DNA of 64,000 nucleotides, from the NCBI GenBank assembly GCA_034780895.1, contig JAUZTB010000064.1, forward strand, positions 38,853,424 to 38,917,423, given 5' to 3'. Numbering within the stretch: position 1 is the first letter of the stretch; each line of letters starts with the position of its first letter. Positions 1-13,300 of the stretch are shown in pieces. This stretch comes from Rhynchobatus australiae. Taxonomy: Eukaryota. The notes below the pieces were generated by a model. The model ran no database searches. It worked only from the letters and a program-made list of their open reading frames with translations, and was not told the DNA's origin. Made by a program: the position numbers and the translations under genes.

Positions 1-118
1 ACGCCCACACACTACAGACCCGACCCTGACCACCCTGACTCCCACCCACAACACACCCGACCCTGACCACCCTGACTCCCACCCACTACAGACCCCACCC
101 TGACCACCCCCTCCCACC
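1..118. repeat. C-rich minisatellite, about 37-bp unit (cccacccactacagacccgaccctgaccaccctgact), about 3 copies, cut by the window edge
   Basis: Direct inspection. Confidence 0.8.
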
Positions 119-1067
119 ATATTCCATTCCCACTTGTTTTGCATACAGTTCTTGAAAATTCTTCTCAATGCATTTGTACAAGTCTCTGCTTGGTCCTCCA
201 CTAATTCACTTTACTCCCTCCAAACGTTCTTCTTCTTTAAACTTATTGGTATCTTTGATCATACTTTCCATCATTGCTATGTTTTTAAAAATGCTTTGGC
301 ACATAACTCCGTGCTAAAGATACCATATAAGTTGCTCTCCATATGGACTTCCTGCCCACAATTTATGCAAACTTCTTTGACCATACTTGCAACTGAAAAC
401 TATCCAGAGCTACAAAGCATTGGCTTCGAGACATCCAGCTCTTCATATAAGCTTCTGCAGAGATGCCCTTATAATGTTAAAGTGGGAGACCAAATTAAGT
501 TCATGCACAAAGGCATTTCTTGCCTTTCGACCCTAGTTCAGCTGAAAATTAAACTTCGACCAAACTTTCCATATATAACCCAGGAGATTGGTCGGTTAGA
601 AGTCACTAAACCAGTGATACATATCAGGTTTCTGGGAAAGTACAGACAAGCTTATATCAATTGTGAGTGCAGTTTACTTTAAAAAAAACTACAGTCAAGT
701 ATTTTTGAATGTGTACAATATGATAGATAAGGTAGAAGTGGGACTGACTGCAAAATGCTGAAATATTCAGCAAGTCAAGCCCTGGTTTTCATTACAAGAG
801 AAATGCACAAGAGAAAATCAACAGAAGAATTCTATGGCTTAGGTTTGTTTGTGAAATGTACCTCAGGGTGTTTGCCACAACACAGGTCATGTTGGGAAGT
901 CTCAGCTGAAGTACTGATAGTATTATGACAAGAACAGAGGGACTACTGGGCACTTAAGCCACAATAACACTATAAATCCGTTTAAACGTACAAGACCAAA
1001 AGTGGTGGAAAATGTGCAAGCAAATCTATTTCTTCCTGTGGCGCCCTTTATTCAACACTCTAGTCCT

Positions 1068-1470
1068 ATAGGGCTTTTCTCACTGGAGAGGAGGAGGATG
1101 AGGGGAGACATGATAGAGGTGTATAAAATGTTGAGAGGGATAGATAGAGTAGACAGCCAGCGCCTCTTTCCCAGGGCACCAATGCTCAAGACAAGAGGGC
1201 ATGGATTTAAAGTAATGGGTGGGAAGTTCAGGGGGGATGTCAGAGGGAGGTTTTTCACCCAGAGAGTGGTAGGTGCATGGAATGCACTGCCTGGGGTGGT
1301 GGTGGATTTGAACATTGGACAGATTCAAGAGGTTGTTGGATAGGCATATGGAGGAATGTGGGATAGACGGATATGTGGGAGGAAAGGGTTAGATAGTGTG
1401 AGGTGTGGCTTGATGGGCGGCACAACATGGTGGGCCGAAGGGCCCGAATTGTGCTGTATTGTTCTATGGT
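1068..1470 (+). mobile_element. CR1 LINE (HER1-type) 3' fragment
   Basis: LFSLERRRMRGDMIEVYK..TRGH..FFTQRVVGAWNALP plus 3' tail gggccgaagggccc..tgtgctgta..ttctatg. Confidence 0.9.
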
Positions 1471-3733
1471 TCAAACGTCAAGCTGGCACTGGAGGAGCTG
1501 AGCACAGTGATCAGTAGCCATGAGACAGCACACCCTGATGCCTTCCTGATCATCACGGGCGACTTCACCAGGCCAGCTTGAAGAAGTCTCTGAAAAACTA
1601 CCACCAACGTGTCACCTGTGGAACCAGAGGTGTCAACACACTCGATCACTGTTACACCTCCATCAAGAATGCCTACTGCGCCATCCCCAGCCCGCACTTT
1701 GGCAAGTCCGATCGCCTGGCTGTACTTCTACTCCCGACATACAGGCAGAGACTGAGGACCGCAGCACCAGTGGTGAGGACTGTGAAGGTATGGTCAAGGG
1801 AGGTGGAGAAGCGTTTACAGGACTGCTTCGAATCGGTGGAGTGGACCATATTCAGGGATTCATCTTCGGATCTGAATGAATGTGCCACGGCCAACACCGA
1901 CTTCATCAAGACCTTCATGGATGAGTGTGTGCCTTTGAGAACATACTGAGTTTTCCCAAACCAGAAGCCCTGGATGAACCAGGAGATTCACAGTCTGCTG
2001 AGGGCTATATCTGTGGTGTTCAAAACTAGAAGCCCAGGCACATTCTGTGGAAGGCCATCATGAGAGTGAAAAGGCAGTTCCGTGTGAAGTTAGAGGCACA
2101 ATCAAACGTACGACAACTCCTACAAGGCGAAACCTAACAGCATAAATGGCAGCGATGCTTCACTCCCCAATGAGCTCAACACCTCTTATGCATGCTTTGA
2201 AAGGGAGAATAACACTACATTTCTGCAAATCCCCACAGCATCTGGCGACCCTGTGAACTCTGTCTTGGAGCCCGATGTCAAAATATCCTTCAAGAGGGTG
2301 AACCCTCACAAGGCGTCATGCCCCGACAGTGTACTTGACAGGGTACTGAAAATCTGTGCCAACTAACTAGCTGGAGTGTTCAAGGACATCTTCAACATCT
2401 CACTTCTGTGGTCTGAGGTTCCCACCTACTTCAAAAGGGCAACAATTATACCAGTGCCCAAGAAGAGCAAGGTGAGCTGCCTCAACAATCATCACCTACC
2501 ATAATTAAGTGCTTCAAGAGGTTGGTTATGTCAAGGATTAACTCTTGTCTGAGCAAGGTCCTGGACCTGCTGCAATTCACCTACTGCCACAACAGGGCTA
2601 CAGCAGGTGCAATCTTACTGGGTCTCCACTCTGCTTTGGACCACCAAGACAACAGTGAAGCTTATGTCACAGTCTGCTGTTTATCAATTACAGCTCAGCG
2701 TTCAATACCATGATCCCCTCAGTATTAATCGCCAAGCTTCTAAACCTGGGCCTCTTTACCTCCCTCTGCAACTGGATTCTTGACTTCCTGATTGGGAGAC
2801 GACAGTCAGTATACATTGGTAATAACATCTTTTCCTTGCTGATAATCAACACAGGTGCACCTCAATGATGCGTGCTTCGCCCACTGCTCTACTCTCTCTC
2901 ATGACTGCGTGGCTAAGCACAGCTCAAATGCCATCTAGAAATTCGCAGATGTTGTCAGTAAAATCTCACATGGTGACAAGGAGGCGTACAGGAGTGAGAT
3001 AGATCGGCTGGCTGAGTGGTGTTGCAGCAATAACCTCGCAGTCAATATCACCAAGACCAAGGAGTTGATTGTGGACTTCAGGAAGGGGAAGTCGGGAGAA
3101 CACACACCAGTCCTCACTGAGGGGTCAGCAGTGCAAAGGGTGAGGAGCTTCAAGTTCCTGGGTGTCAACAGCTCGGATGATCTATCCTGGGCCCAACACA
3201 CTGATGCAATCACAAAGGCGGCACGCCAGCGGCTCTACTTCTAGTTTTATGTCACCAAAGACTCTTGCAAATTTCGATAGATGTATGTTGGAGAGCATTC
3301 TGACTGGTTGCATCACAGACTGGTATGGAGACTCCAATGTAGAGGATCACAAAAGGCTGTAGACTCAGCCAGCTCCATCATGGGTACAACCCTCCCCACC
3401 ATTGAAGACATCTTCAAGAGGCGGTGCCTCAAGAAAGCCCATTTATCACCAAGGACCCTCACCATCTGGGACATGCCTTCTTCCCATTACTACCATCGGG
3501 GAGGAGATACAGGAGCCTGAAGACCCACACTCAACATTTTAGGAATAGCTTCTTCCCCTCCACATCTGATTTCTGAATGGTCCATGAACCCAACCTCATT
3601 ATTCCTTTTTTTGCACTATTTATTTATTTTGGTAAGTTATAGTGATTTTATGTCTTTGCACTGTACTGCTGCCACAAAACAACAAATTTCATGTCATACA
3701 AGATAGTGATAATAAACCTGATTCTGATTCCTG
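1471..3733 (+). mobile_element. Rex1/Babar-clade LINE, 5'-truncated, decayed endonuclease and RT
   Basis: TRGVNTLDHCYT..PHFGKSD endonuclease motif, KPWM, disrupted RT, 3' end aataaacctgattctgattc. Confidence 0.85.
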
Positions 3734-4150
3734 AAGTCAATGACCAGCTCCTTCATTTTGATAACATTGAGGGAAAGGTTGCTGTCTTGACACCATGCCA
3801 CTAGACTCGTTATCCCCTTCCTATACTCCGTCTCTTTGTTGGTTGAGATCTGGCCCACTACGGTGGTGTCATCTGCAAACTTATAAATGCAGTTAGAGCA
3901 GAATTTGGCTATACTGTCCTGAGTGTAAAGGGAGTATAGTAAGGGGTTGAGGATGTAGCCTTGCAGGGCACTGGTGTTGAGGGTGATCGTGGAGGATGTG
4001 TTGTTGCCTATTTTTACTGATTGTGGTCTGCTGGTCCAGAAGTCAAGGATCCAGTTGCAGAGGGGAGTGCAGAGTCCTAGATCTAGAAGTCTGGAGATGG
4101 GTTTGTTTGGGATTATGGTATTGAAGATGGAGCTATAGTCAATAGATTGT
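3731..4150 (-). mobile_element. Rex1/Babar LINE RT fragment, inverted relative to its neighbour
   Basis: [37 protein letters not shown]. Confidence 0.85.
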
Positions 4151-4644
4151 GCACTGGAGTAGTTCCTACTTGGTTCCAAATAATTTCATATCATACTGTG
4201 TGGGATGGGCTGCTGGACAAGCGCTGTGTCTGAGTACTGTGTTGTTTATGGTGGTTAAAGTCCAGTAGTATTCCTTGTGCGATTTTGGGGAAACTTAGCC
4301 TTTACCAGCGCTGAAAACTCTTTGGAGTTAGGCAAGTGAAGAGACTTAATTCAAAGGGCAGGGTAATGAGTAAGAGGTTCTGATCAAACAAACAAAGGCA
4401 TTACTTTGTAGTGAATTTCCCTGGAGCTTGGATTGGAAGTTTTTAAATGATGAAATAGATTTGTGATCATTTCAGAGATCTGGGACAACAGACAAAAACT
4501 AATACCATCTATTAACTTTTTAGTAGTCCTTTTTTAAAAAAGGTCTGTTCCTGTTTCAGTGTGGATTGTGAAGCAGGAAATTACATTAATATGATGAGAA
4601 TTTAATTTATATTTTCATAAATTCTTACTTCACATAGTAATTCT

Positions 4645-5840
4645 CAGAATATGGGCATCACTGGCAAGAAATCCATTTATTTATTAGGATTGCTCTGTGT
4701 TGATTGTTTCAGGGCTTCTTGAACTGCTGGACATGGCATGGATGCTTCCACAAAACTATTTAATTATTGCTGCAAGTGAGTGGCACATCAGGCCACTTCA
4801 GACAGTAGTTAACAGTCAATCACTAAATAGCAGCCTTGTATTCAGACCTCAGGAATGGAAGTAGGCCATTTAGCCCAATTAGTGTATTCCACCTATCAAA
4901 TTATGATTGATTTCCATTTTCCAGCTGTTCCTCCATAATCCTCGAGGTATTTAGGTTAGCAAAAATTCTATTAATCTCAGTTTTGAGAATTGCAACTACT
5001 GTGGCAGCCACAGCATTTCAGTGGAGAAAGGATTTCAGGTTACTACCACTCTTTACATGGGCAACCTACTTCTTAATTTGATTTTCAAATGCCCTAGTTC
5101 TAATTTTAAGATTATACTTTTTTTTATTAGATGTTCCCACAAGACCAAAGCTCTGATCAAATCAAGCATTATTTCTTCCCCTTTATAATCCAATGACCTT
5201 GCGAGTTTCTTTTAATCACTGGTTCATATGATGCAAATATCATTGGGCAATGCCAGTAGTTTATTCTCCATTCCGAACTGCCCCTGAACTCAGGAGGCAG
5301 TTCAGTGTCAATCACATTGATGTGTTTGGAGTCATATATAGGCCAAACCGGTATGGATAGCACTTTTCTTTCCCTGAAGGATATTAGTGAACCAGACGGG
5401 TTTCAACAACAGTCTGTCAGTTTCCTGGTTACTCTTTCTGAGACTAATGATTTAATTTCTAGATTTATTCAATTACTTAAATTTGTGTAGCGGTTAGCGT
5501 AACACTATTACAGCACCAGCAACCCAGGTTCAATTCCAGCAGCTGTCTGTGAGGAGTTTGTACGTTCTCCCCATGCCTGCGTGGGTTTCCTCCGGGTGCT
5601 CCAGTTTCTTCCCACATTCCAAAGCCGTACGGGTCAGGAAGTTGTGGGCACGCTATGTTGGCGCTGGAAGTGTGGCGACACTTGCGGGCTGCCCCCAGAA
5701 CACTACACAGAAGATGCATTTCACTGTGTATTTCGATGTACATATGACTAATAAAGATATCTATCTTATCTTAAATTCTCCAACTGTCATGACGGGATTT
5801 CAATTCATGTCACTGGATAAATGGTGCAGAATGCTAGTCT
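4645..5840 (-). mobile_element. Decayed CR1-clade LINE 3' fragments, host of a V-SINE insertion
   Basis: Segments resembling the reverse 3' end seen at 26685-26750, plus gtcaatcacattg..ggagtcatatataggcca..ttagtgaaccaga; limits approximate. Confidence 0.5.
5484..5769 (+). mobile_element. tRNA-derived V-SINE with 8-bp target-site duplication cttaaatt
   Basis: A/B-box-like head (tagcggttagc..ggttcaattcc), V-domain gtgggtttcctccgggtgctccagtttcttcccaca; TSD at 5476-5483 and 5770-5777. Confidence 0.88.
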
Positions 5841-7176
5841 AGTAACTTTGCAGATTTGGTACTGCAGTGTTCAAGGCCAATATTCCATTCCATTAGTTAT
5901 TGATTTATTATCTCTACACTCGTGCCAGCATTTAATGATTTATATCCCCAGATACTTAACACCTTTTTTTTAAAAAAAACTCTTCTCTCTATTAAGGAAG
6001 TATGCTGAATTTGTCTTTCTCTGATCAAAAGTGGATGATCTTATATTTAACCCCAGTGGTGAACTCCTAGATTTTGTAGTTTCATCCACTTAGACTGTAG
6101 TTTCATCCACTTATCAACTTTCTGCTCCAATCTACATGACTTATTGTGCCTTGGTGTTATTTGTAAACTTGGATATATTTCTAGATCTTACAACTCACTA
6201 ATGAAATATATATGATTAAGTTTTGATCCCTGGGGAACAGATATTACCAATTCGAAAATTGTGAAAATGTGATATTTTTTGGGTGCTGCTCTGGAGCCTA
6301 CTGGCCAAAAGAACAATAGGTTTCAGTTTGAAGATATGGTTTTCTTTACATTAGGATAACATCAGAAATGTATGGCACAGAAACAGAAAATTCAGCCTCA
6401 TGTGCCTGCTGAGCCATCCCTAAATGTATTCACTTCAAGTNNNNNNNNNNNNNNNNNNNNNNNNNNNNNNNNNNNNNNNNNNNNNNNNNNNNNNNNNNNN
6501 NNNNNNNNNNNNNNNNNNNNNNNNNNNNNNNNNNNNNNNNAGTACCTGGAACCATGACATGGTGCACGTAAGGTTTTGTACCTGAGTCCATCTAACTGGT
6601 AAGCCCATTACAAGTGCACAAAATGATATAAAACCAGTCAGCTTCATTGACATCCAGGAACTCCCAAAGCAAATGGAAGAGTCAGAGCCCCACTATCACT
6701 ATTACGCACATTGCTGCTTAGATGCATACAACTAGCTTTTTAACGTTGATTGGCTTGCACTTCTGGTAGGCATCAATGTGCAGTTCAAACTATTAAACTG
6801 TTTGAGAGACCACCATAATGTCTCAAGAAGGCAAACAAAATACAAACATGTCCCTTACCTCGAGTTTGCAAATGCACATGATGAAGATCTACAGAGTGGG
6901 AACAGAAGGTTTTCATCTTGTGTCTGATCCATCTTGTAATTTATTATCTCAGTTAGATTAGCAGAGGTGGTAGGACAGTTGGCTTTGGCCTTAATGTTCT
7001 GGGCAAGGTGTGGATGACAGCAGAAATCCAGCATTACAGAACAGTCAGTTCAGAATTGATACCACCTTTCTCTTGGTACTAATCTTTACAATCCGGAAGG
7101 AATGTATGTAGGAATTCAAACTTGACTGCTTAAGGAAGGGCACATTAAACACATTTTAGCTTCCTTTGATACTTAC

Positions 7177-7376
7177 ACTGCAAGCATTAGTCTTGGATCC
7201 AGACCTTTCCCTGGAAGTGGACACCATGCTGAAGTATTGACCAATGATGATTGAAAAAGAGTTTGAACTGCAAGCCAGGTACTTCCTATTCTACCCCATA
7301 CTTTCACCATCTCTTGTTTGGAAACTGCAAGGAGTAGATGACCAGTTGGATCCCATTTCAGGCTTGTTACACTTTC
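7177..7376 (-). CDS. HERC1: HERC1-like exon, WD40 (ESVTSLKWDPTGHLL...AWCPLPGKG..RLMLAV)
   Basis: ggtgaag|GAA and AGT|GTAAGT; phase 0 to 2. Confidence 0.93.
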
Positions 7377-10300
7377 CTTCACCAGAAATAAGAAGACAAA
7401 TTGAATAACACAAATCCAACATTACACACCAAACTAGATCTGGAACATAGAAAAGCCTAAGACTTAGAGACTTTACTTTTTAAAATCCAACCACACAATC
7501 TATTATCTCTCTCAGTACTCCAATTCTCAGGTTCTACAGATACTTCACTCTTAATATTCATCATTTTCTGCTTTCTTTTCCAACACAGTAAGTAGCCAAT
7601 TCTGATGAGAAGTCATTGATCTTAACTGTTACTTTGGCTTCAGAATCCACATATGGTGTCTGATGTGCTGATCCTTCCAGCAATTTTTGTTATTAATTTT
7701 GGCAGTGTGGCACTTTTGAAAAAAGAGGCATTGTTTAATTCTGGGATGGAAATGGGGCAAAGAAAACTATGATTTACCTGAAATGAATCCAATATCACTG
7801 GTTCTTCCACATTATGAGGCTCTCTTGTTCCAAGTAAAATTTTTCCATCAGAGTACCCAACTGCAATTGGTTTACCTTCACTGTACCAGGCAATGCACTG
7901 AACAGCAACTGAATAACAATTAAAATATATTTGTGGGTTATAACACCAAAAAGTACAATGCATGTGTGCATCATTAATTAGTTTGGGAGGGAAATGCAAA
8001 TACATGGAAATACAGTAATACACATGTTATACTTGTCATAATTAGCCAATAAATAACTAAAATCTCTGCCACTGTTATGGTACGAGTGCAAGGTCTTGAA
8101 TTATTTAAAGAACAAGCCACAGTTTTTGTTCAAAATGCATGATATTCCCAAATTCCCCTCCAAGTTGAACACCATTCTGACTTGTAAATATATTACCAGG
8201 ACTTCACTGACATTGGCTGTAAACCCTGGAGCTCCCTATCCAACACTACCGTGGGAATACCTTCCCATGAAGGACTGTAGTAGTTCAAGACAGCAACTCA
8301 CAGCACCTTCTCAAAATCAGTTAGGGATGGACACGAACACTGTAATACCCAGATGCNNNNNNNNNNNNNNNNNNNNNNNNNNNNNNNNNNNNNNNNNNNN
8401 NNNNNNNNNNNNNNNNNNNNNNNNNNNNNNNNNNNNNNNNNNNNNNNNNNNNNNNNNNNNNNNNNNNNNNNNNNNNNNNNNNNNNNNNNNNNNNNNNNNN
8501 NNNNNNNNNNNNNNNNNNNNNNNNNNNNNNNNNNNNNNNNNNNNNNNNNNNNNNNNNNNNNNNNNNNNNNNNNNNNNNNNNNNNNNNNNNNNNNNNNNNN
8601 NNNNNNNNNNNNNNNNNNNNNNNNNNNNNNNNNNNNNNNNNNNNNNNNNNNNNNNNNNNNNNNNNNNNNNNNNNNNNNNNNNNNNNNNNNNNNNNNNNNN
8701 NNNNNNNNNNNNNNNNNNNNNNNNNNNNNNNNNNNNNNNNNNNNNNNNNNNNNNNNNNNNNNNNNNNNNNNNNNNNNNNNNNNNNNNNNNNNNNNNNNNN
8801 NNNNNNNNNNNNNNNNNNNNNNNNNNNNNNNNNNNNNNNNNNNNNNNNNTCAAAATAGAAACTACTTTTTATTTCTGAGAATTCTTCAATACAATTGGCT
8901 GATCAGATTGTTTGATGACATCACTATTGATGAATACTATAAAGCTCCTAAAGCTGACAGCAGCCAACATTGGAAAAGGAGAAATATTACATTAGAGTGA
9001 TCACCAAAACTTAATGAAAGAATTTCTTTCAGGTCAGTGACAAGTACTGTCACTTTGTCACTGGCCTTGAAAATAAAACCCAGGCCACTGAAAATATTAT
9101 CTGCAAATACAAGTCTCTTCTCCCCATTTCGGAATGCAAATCAATGCATAGCTGACAGGATGGACAAATGGCCTGTTTTGGNNNNNNNNNNTCCCCTGTT
9201 AGAAAGTTTCTCTTTATTTGCTCTATAACAGTCATTCATAATTTTGAACACCACTATCAAATCTCCTCTGCTTTAAGGAGAATAACATTTGTTTCTCCAC
9301 TTAACAGAAATATTTCAGTCCTGGTATCATTGTTCAAAATCTCTTTTGTATTCTTCATAAAGTGTAGTGTCCAGAATTGAACCGCTACTTGCTTCCTTCC
9401 AGTCTGAGAAGCAACTGTCCACTCTGCTTTCTTTCCCTACATACTCCAACTACAATCCTTTAATCCAATGGCATCGACTGTTTATTTCTCTCCAGAGATG
9501 CTGCCTGACCTGCTGAGTTCCTCCAGCATTTTGTGTGCGTTGCTCCAATTCCAACATCGGCAGAATCTCTTGTGTTGGCCATTAACAATTACAAGACTGC
9601 AATATAAGACTTAATCAGACTCATTCTGAAGGTCCATACATGCATCAACCATAGTATACTCATCAACTGAAATCCACCAAGTTAGTCAAGCTCAATTTTC
9701 TTTTGACAAATCCAGGCCAATCTTCATTTATTACCTTATATTTTTCCAAATGCTGATTAGTTTTGTCTCAGATTATTGTCTCAAAGTCTTTTCACCACTG
9801 ATTCAGGTTGATTGGCTCTCAGTTGCCATGCTTATGAAATGTTCTAAAATAAGCATCTAACATTTGCAGTCTTTGGACTTTTGATATCATCCCTACATCT
9901 AAAGATAATTAGCAAATTGTGGCTAAAGTCCCTGCAACGTCTACTCTCAGTAATCTGGGATGTTCCTTTTTTTAGAAAGGGAGAAATATCTACTTTATTA
10001 AGGACTACCAATATTTTAAGTACCTCCATTTTACTGTTTACTTTATTCTGTTCAATACCTACTACCTCCTCTTTTCAGCAAACTCTTGGAGAGGTGGCAA
10101 ATATTAGGATTAACACCAGTTCCATGTTAAAAAATTATCATTCCACCCAACTAAAAGGCCAAGGCTAAGTTGGTGTAGCTTTATGAAGAAAGACACAAAA
10201 TAAATGCACCCCCAAAAATTACATCACAAACTATTTGACTACAATTGCAAACTGATTCATCACATCTGCTACAGTGCAACAACGTTTTCAACTATCAAAT

Positions 10301-13300
10301 GATGTTGCCATCATTTAAAACATACCATCTTTTCTTTGGCAATGCAGTAGGTCAATTGTGTCAGAAACAATATTTTCTGTAGCTTCGATGCAGCCAACTG
10401 ATCCATCCAGTCGTCCTACTAATAGAACTTCAGCTTGTTTGTTACTGTCTTTATTTAAGAATGGTGCTTGGATGTCTGCCCATGTCAAAGCAGTTACCCA
10501 GGAAGGCTGAATTTTCATATGGATGTCATTCCCTTTGAAAGAAATATAAAAACAGTCAACTTCCGGAGTGGCAAAGTATACAGGAGAGGCAGAAGTATAC
10601 AGGAAGAAAGTGGATAAAGGCAGATATAGAACGGTACAAATACATGAAGGAATAACGAGAAAAAAGACATAGAAAACAGCAATCAAATTGAAAATTGCAG
10701 AGAATCAATGAACTGATACAGACAGGCATGTAAGAGTGGGTAATTGGGTAGGTAATGAATGTGTACTATTTAAAGCTAGAGGCAGTAGGAGATAATATCT
10801 TCTATAATTCCGAGCAATACTCATGCATTGCTTCCAAATGTACAGGAATATATCTTTTTGACATGACCAGCCAGTTTTACTAAAAAGTACAATTATTTTC
10901 TGAGGGAGGGTCCCAGACCTGAAACTTTAAGCATTTCTCCTTCTAAGGATGCTGCCTAGCCTGCTGAGAGCTTCTAGTATTTTCTGTTTTTGTTTCAGAT
11001 TTCCAGCATCTGCAGGTTTTTTTTGATTTTCATTTACTTTCTCCCCACTCTTAAGGCCTCTTGTCAAACATTAAAACTATTTGGAAATACCAATGCAGCA
11101 TTAAACTTGGCCATCTGTGCAATGATTATTTCAACTTGCAAGCTTATTGATACTATTCAATACAACTTAGTTGAAATAAACCACTGACACAAAGCTCGTA
11201 CATATAATTAAGTAGACAATAATAGAGAAGCAACTATAATTGATGGGGAAAGTAGCTTTGTATCCAGTTTTTGAATGCATACTCTAGTAATTTCTAAAAT
11301 GTAAAAAGTTTGATTTTTAAAAATCAAATTCTATTTTCTACTCACTTCCACATACAGCACAAAAATGGGCCCTTTGGCCTATCATGTTCATGTGGACCTT
11401 TTTGCTCATCAACACTAATGCTATTTGCCCTCATTACAACAGTATCCATCTATGCCTTGCCTATTTAACTCTGTGCATAAATGCCCTTTAAACAAAATAA
11501 TTATATCTAATTCCACCACCTTTTCTGGAAGCGAGTTCCAGAGATCTACCATACTCTGTGTGAAAGACACTTTGATGCATTGGTGATGCACTTTGAGAAG
11601 TTAAACAGGGGTAGGACATATAATGTAAACGATAGGGCACTAAGGAATACTGATGAACAAAGAGAGGGTCCACGTTCATAGTTCCCTGAAAGTGGCAACA
11701 CAGTTAAATACGATGATGAAGAAGACATATAGTATGCTTGCCTTCATAGGTCAGAGCACAGAATATAAGACTGGGGACGTTATGCTTCAACTTTACAAAA
11801 CACTGGTTAGACCACACTTGTGGAGTGTTGTGTGCCATTCTGGTCACCACACCATAGGACGGATGTGGTTGTGCTAGAGAGAATGCACCAGGATGATGCC
11901 TGGACTGGAGGATTTTATTTACGAGGAGAGATTGCATAGGCTGGGCTTGTTTCCCTCGAGTGAAGGAGATTGAGGGGTGACCTGATAAGAGTTTTATAAA
12001 ATTATAAGAAGCATAAATAGAGTAGATGGTCAAAATCTTTTTTCCCCATGTTGCATTTGTCAGGAAGACTGAACTGTATGAAGGAAGGCTGAGGAGTGAC
12101 TGGATAGATGCCTTTAAAACTATTGAAACACTTGAGAAGAAAATTGTAGAGAAGATACTTTCTTTGACTGAAACTAAAAGCAGAACTATTAACACTGGTC
12201 GAGACATTGATCCACAAACCCAAAAGAAAATTCTGAGGAAGTTTTTATTCACCAAGAAACTGGCTGGATCATGAAACTCACTTCTGTAAAGAGTGGCTGA
12301 AGGGCAGAGAAATGCTGAATTTAAGTTGAAGCTAGTGAAGCACAAAGGGGAAATGGAAAAGCAGGATATGCAGATGTGCTTAGAAAAGGGAAAATGAGAG
12401 GAGATTCCTGTGCAGCATATACACCTGCATTATGCTGAATGAATTATTCTTATGTTATAAATTGTAAAATTTTGTAATTGATTTAGGCTTTTGACATTTT
12501 GACAGAAATACTGCATCAACAATATGAAATTGATGCTACAAAAGGAGAACAAGTTTGCAGCGTATACAAGGGATTACTTTGCTTACCATCAACTTGATAT
12601 ACATTGATGATTTTGTCTTGTGAAGCTGCTAAGAATCTGCCACTTGCACTCCAGTATACTGGAGACAAATTGAAGTCACTTGTAGGGCTACAAGGCCTTT
12701 CCTCCGAGTCCTCACTGGCACAAACATACAAAGAATGGGAAAAAGATTCATATTATCAAAAAAAAACCAAAGATAGCTCTCACCTTAATGTATAAACAAA
12801 ACTAAGTGGCCCATATGATTCTGGGAAGGATTATGGACAATTAGAAAATGCCATAAGAATGAATCTCCTCAGGCCTTTATAAAGTTAATAGGAAGAAATG
12901 ATTAAAATGAAGCCTCCTGTTCTTAGATTCAAAGGTGTTGATCACGTGGGCTTGTGGCATGACCACTTGGGGAGTGAAGTGGAGGGACAGTAGAATCGTT
13001 AGCTGGGAATAGCAGATTGATTGGAGGGATGAAACATCAGAAGTTAGGTGGAACTGGGCTTAACTAACATTGTACTGTATTACAACAGTATGGGTTGGGC
13101 TCGTGGGCCTGGGAGCACAGACCAAGGACCATAAGAAGTACAGAAGATCCTGGGAGGAGCACAGGCTTAGTGGGCCAAAATGTCCTCCATGGAGTTGTGT
13201 GAAGTATCTTAACGTGAAAGGGGAAAAGGAAATATAATACAGAATCTATCAATTGCAGGTTCCTGAAACTTGGCCACTCTTTGAAAAGACAGCAGTCTTC

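Noticed and set aside
5484-5560. tRNA-like sequences at SINE heads (also 34180, 34497, 50305)
   Set aside because: They run straight into V-domain SINE bodies and do not form complete cloverleaves; not tRNA genes.
6859-6888. 30-nt minus-strand segment with good splice signals (ctctgtag|...GAG|GTAAGG), in frame after the last traced exon
   Set aside because: The peptide (SSSCAFANS) does not resemble the expected next HERC1 segment (GCQSGLVCVW) and would interrupt a WD40 blade; unsupported without RNA data.
1-7176. Search for the next HERC1 exons (remaining WD40, RLD2, HECT)
   Set aside because: No convincing match found by eye; they probably lie beyond the window or in the gap at 6441-6540.
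8096-9000. Long ORFs full of X here and at other gaps
   Set aside because: Artefacts of translating N runs.
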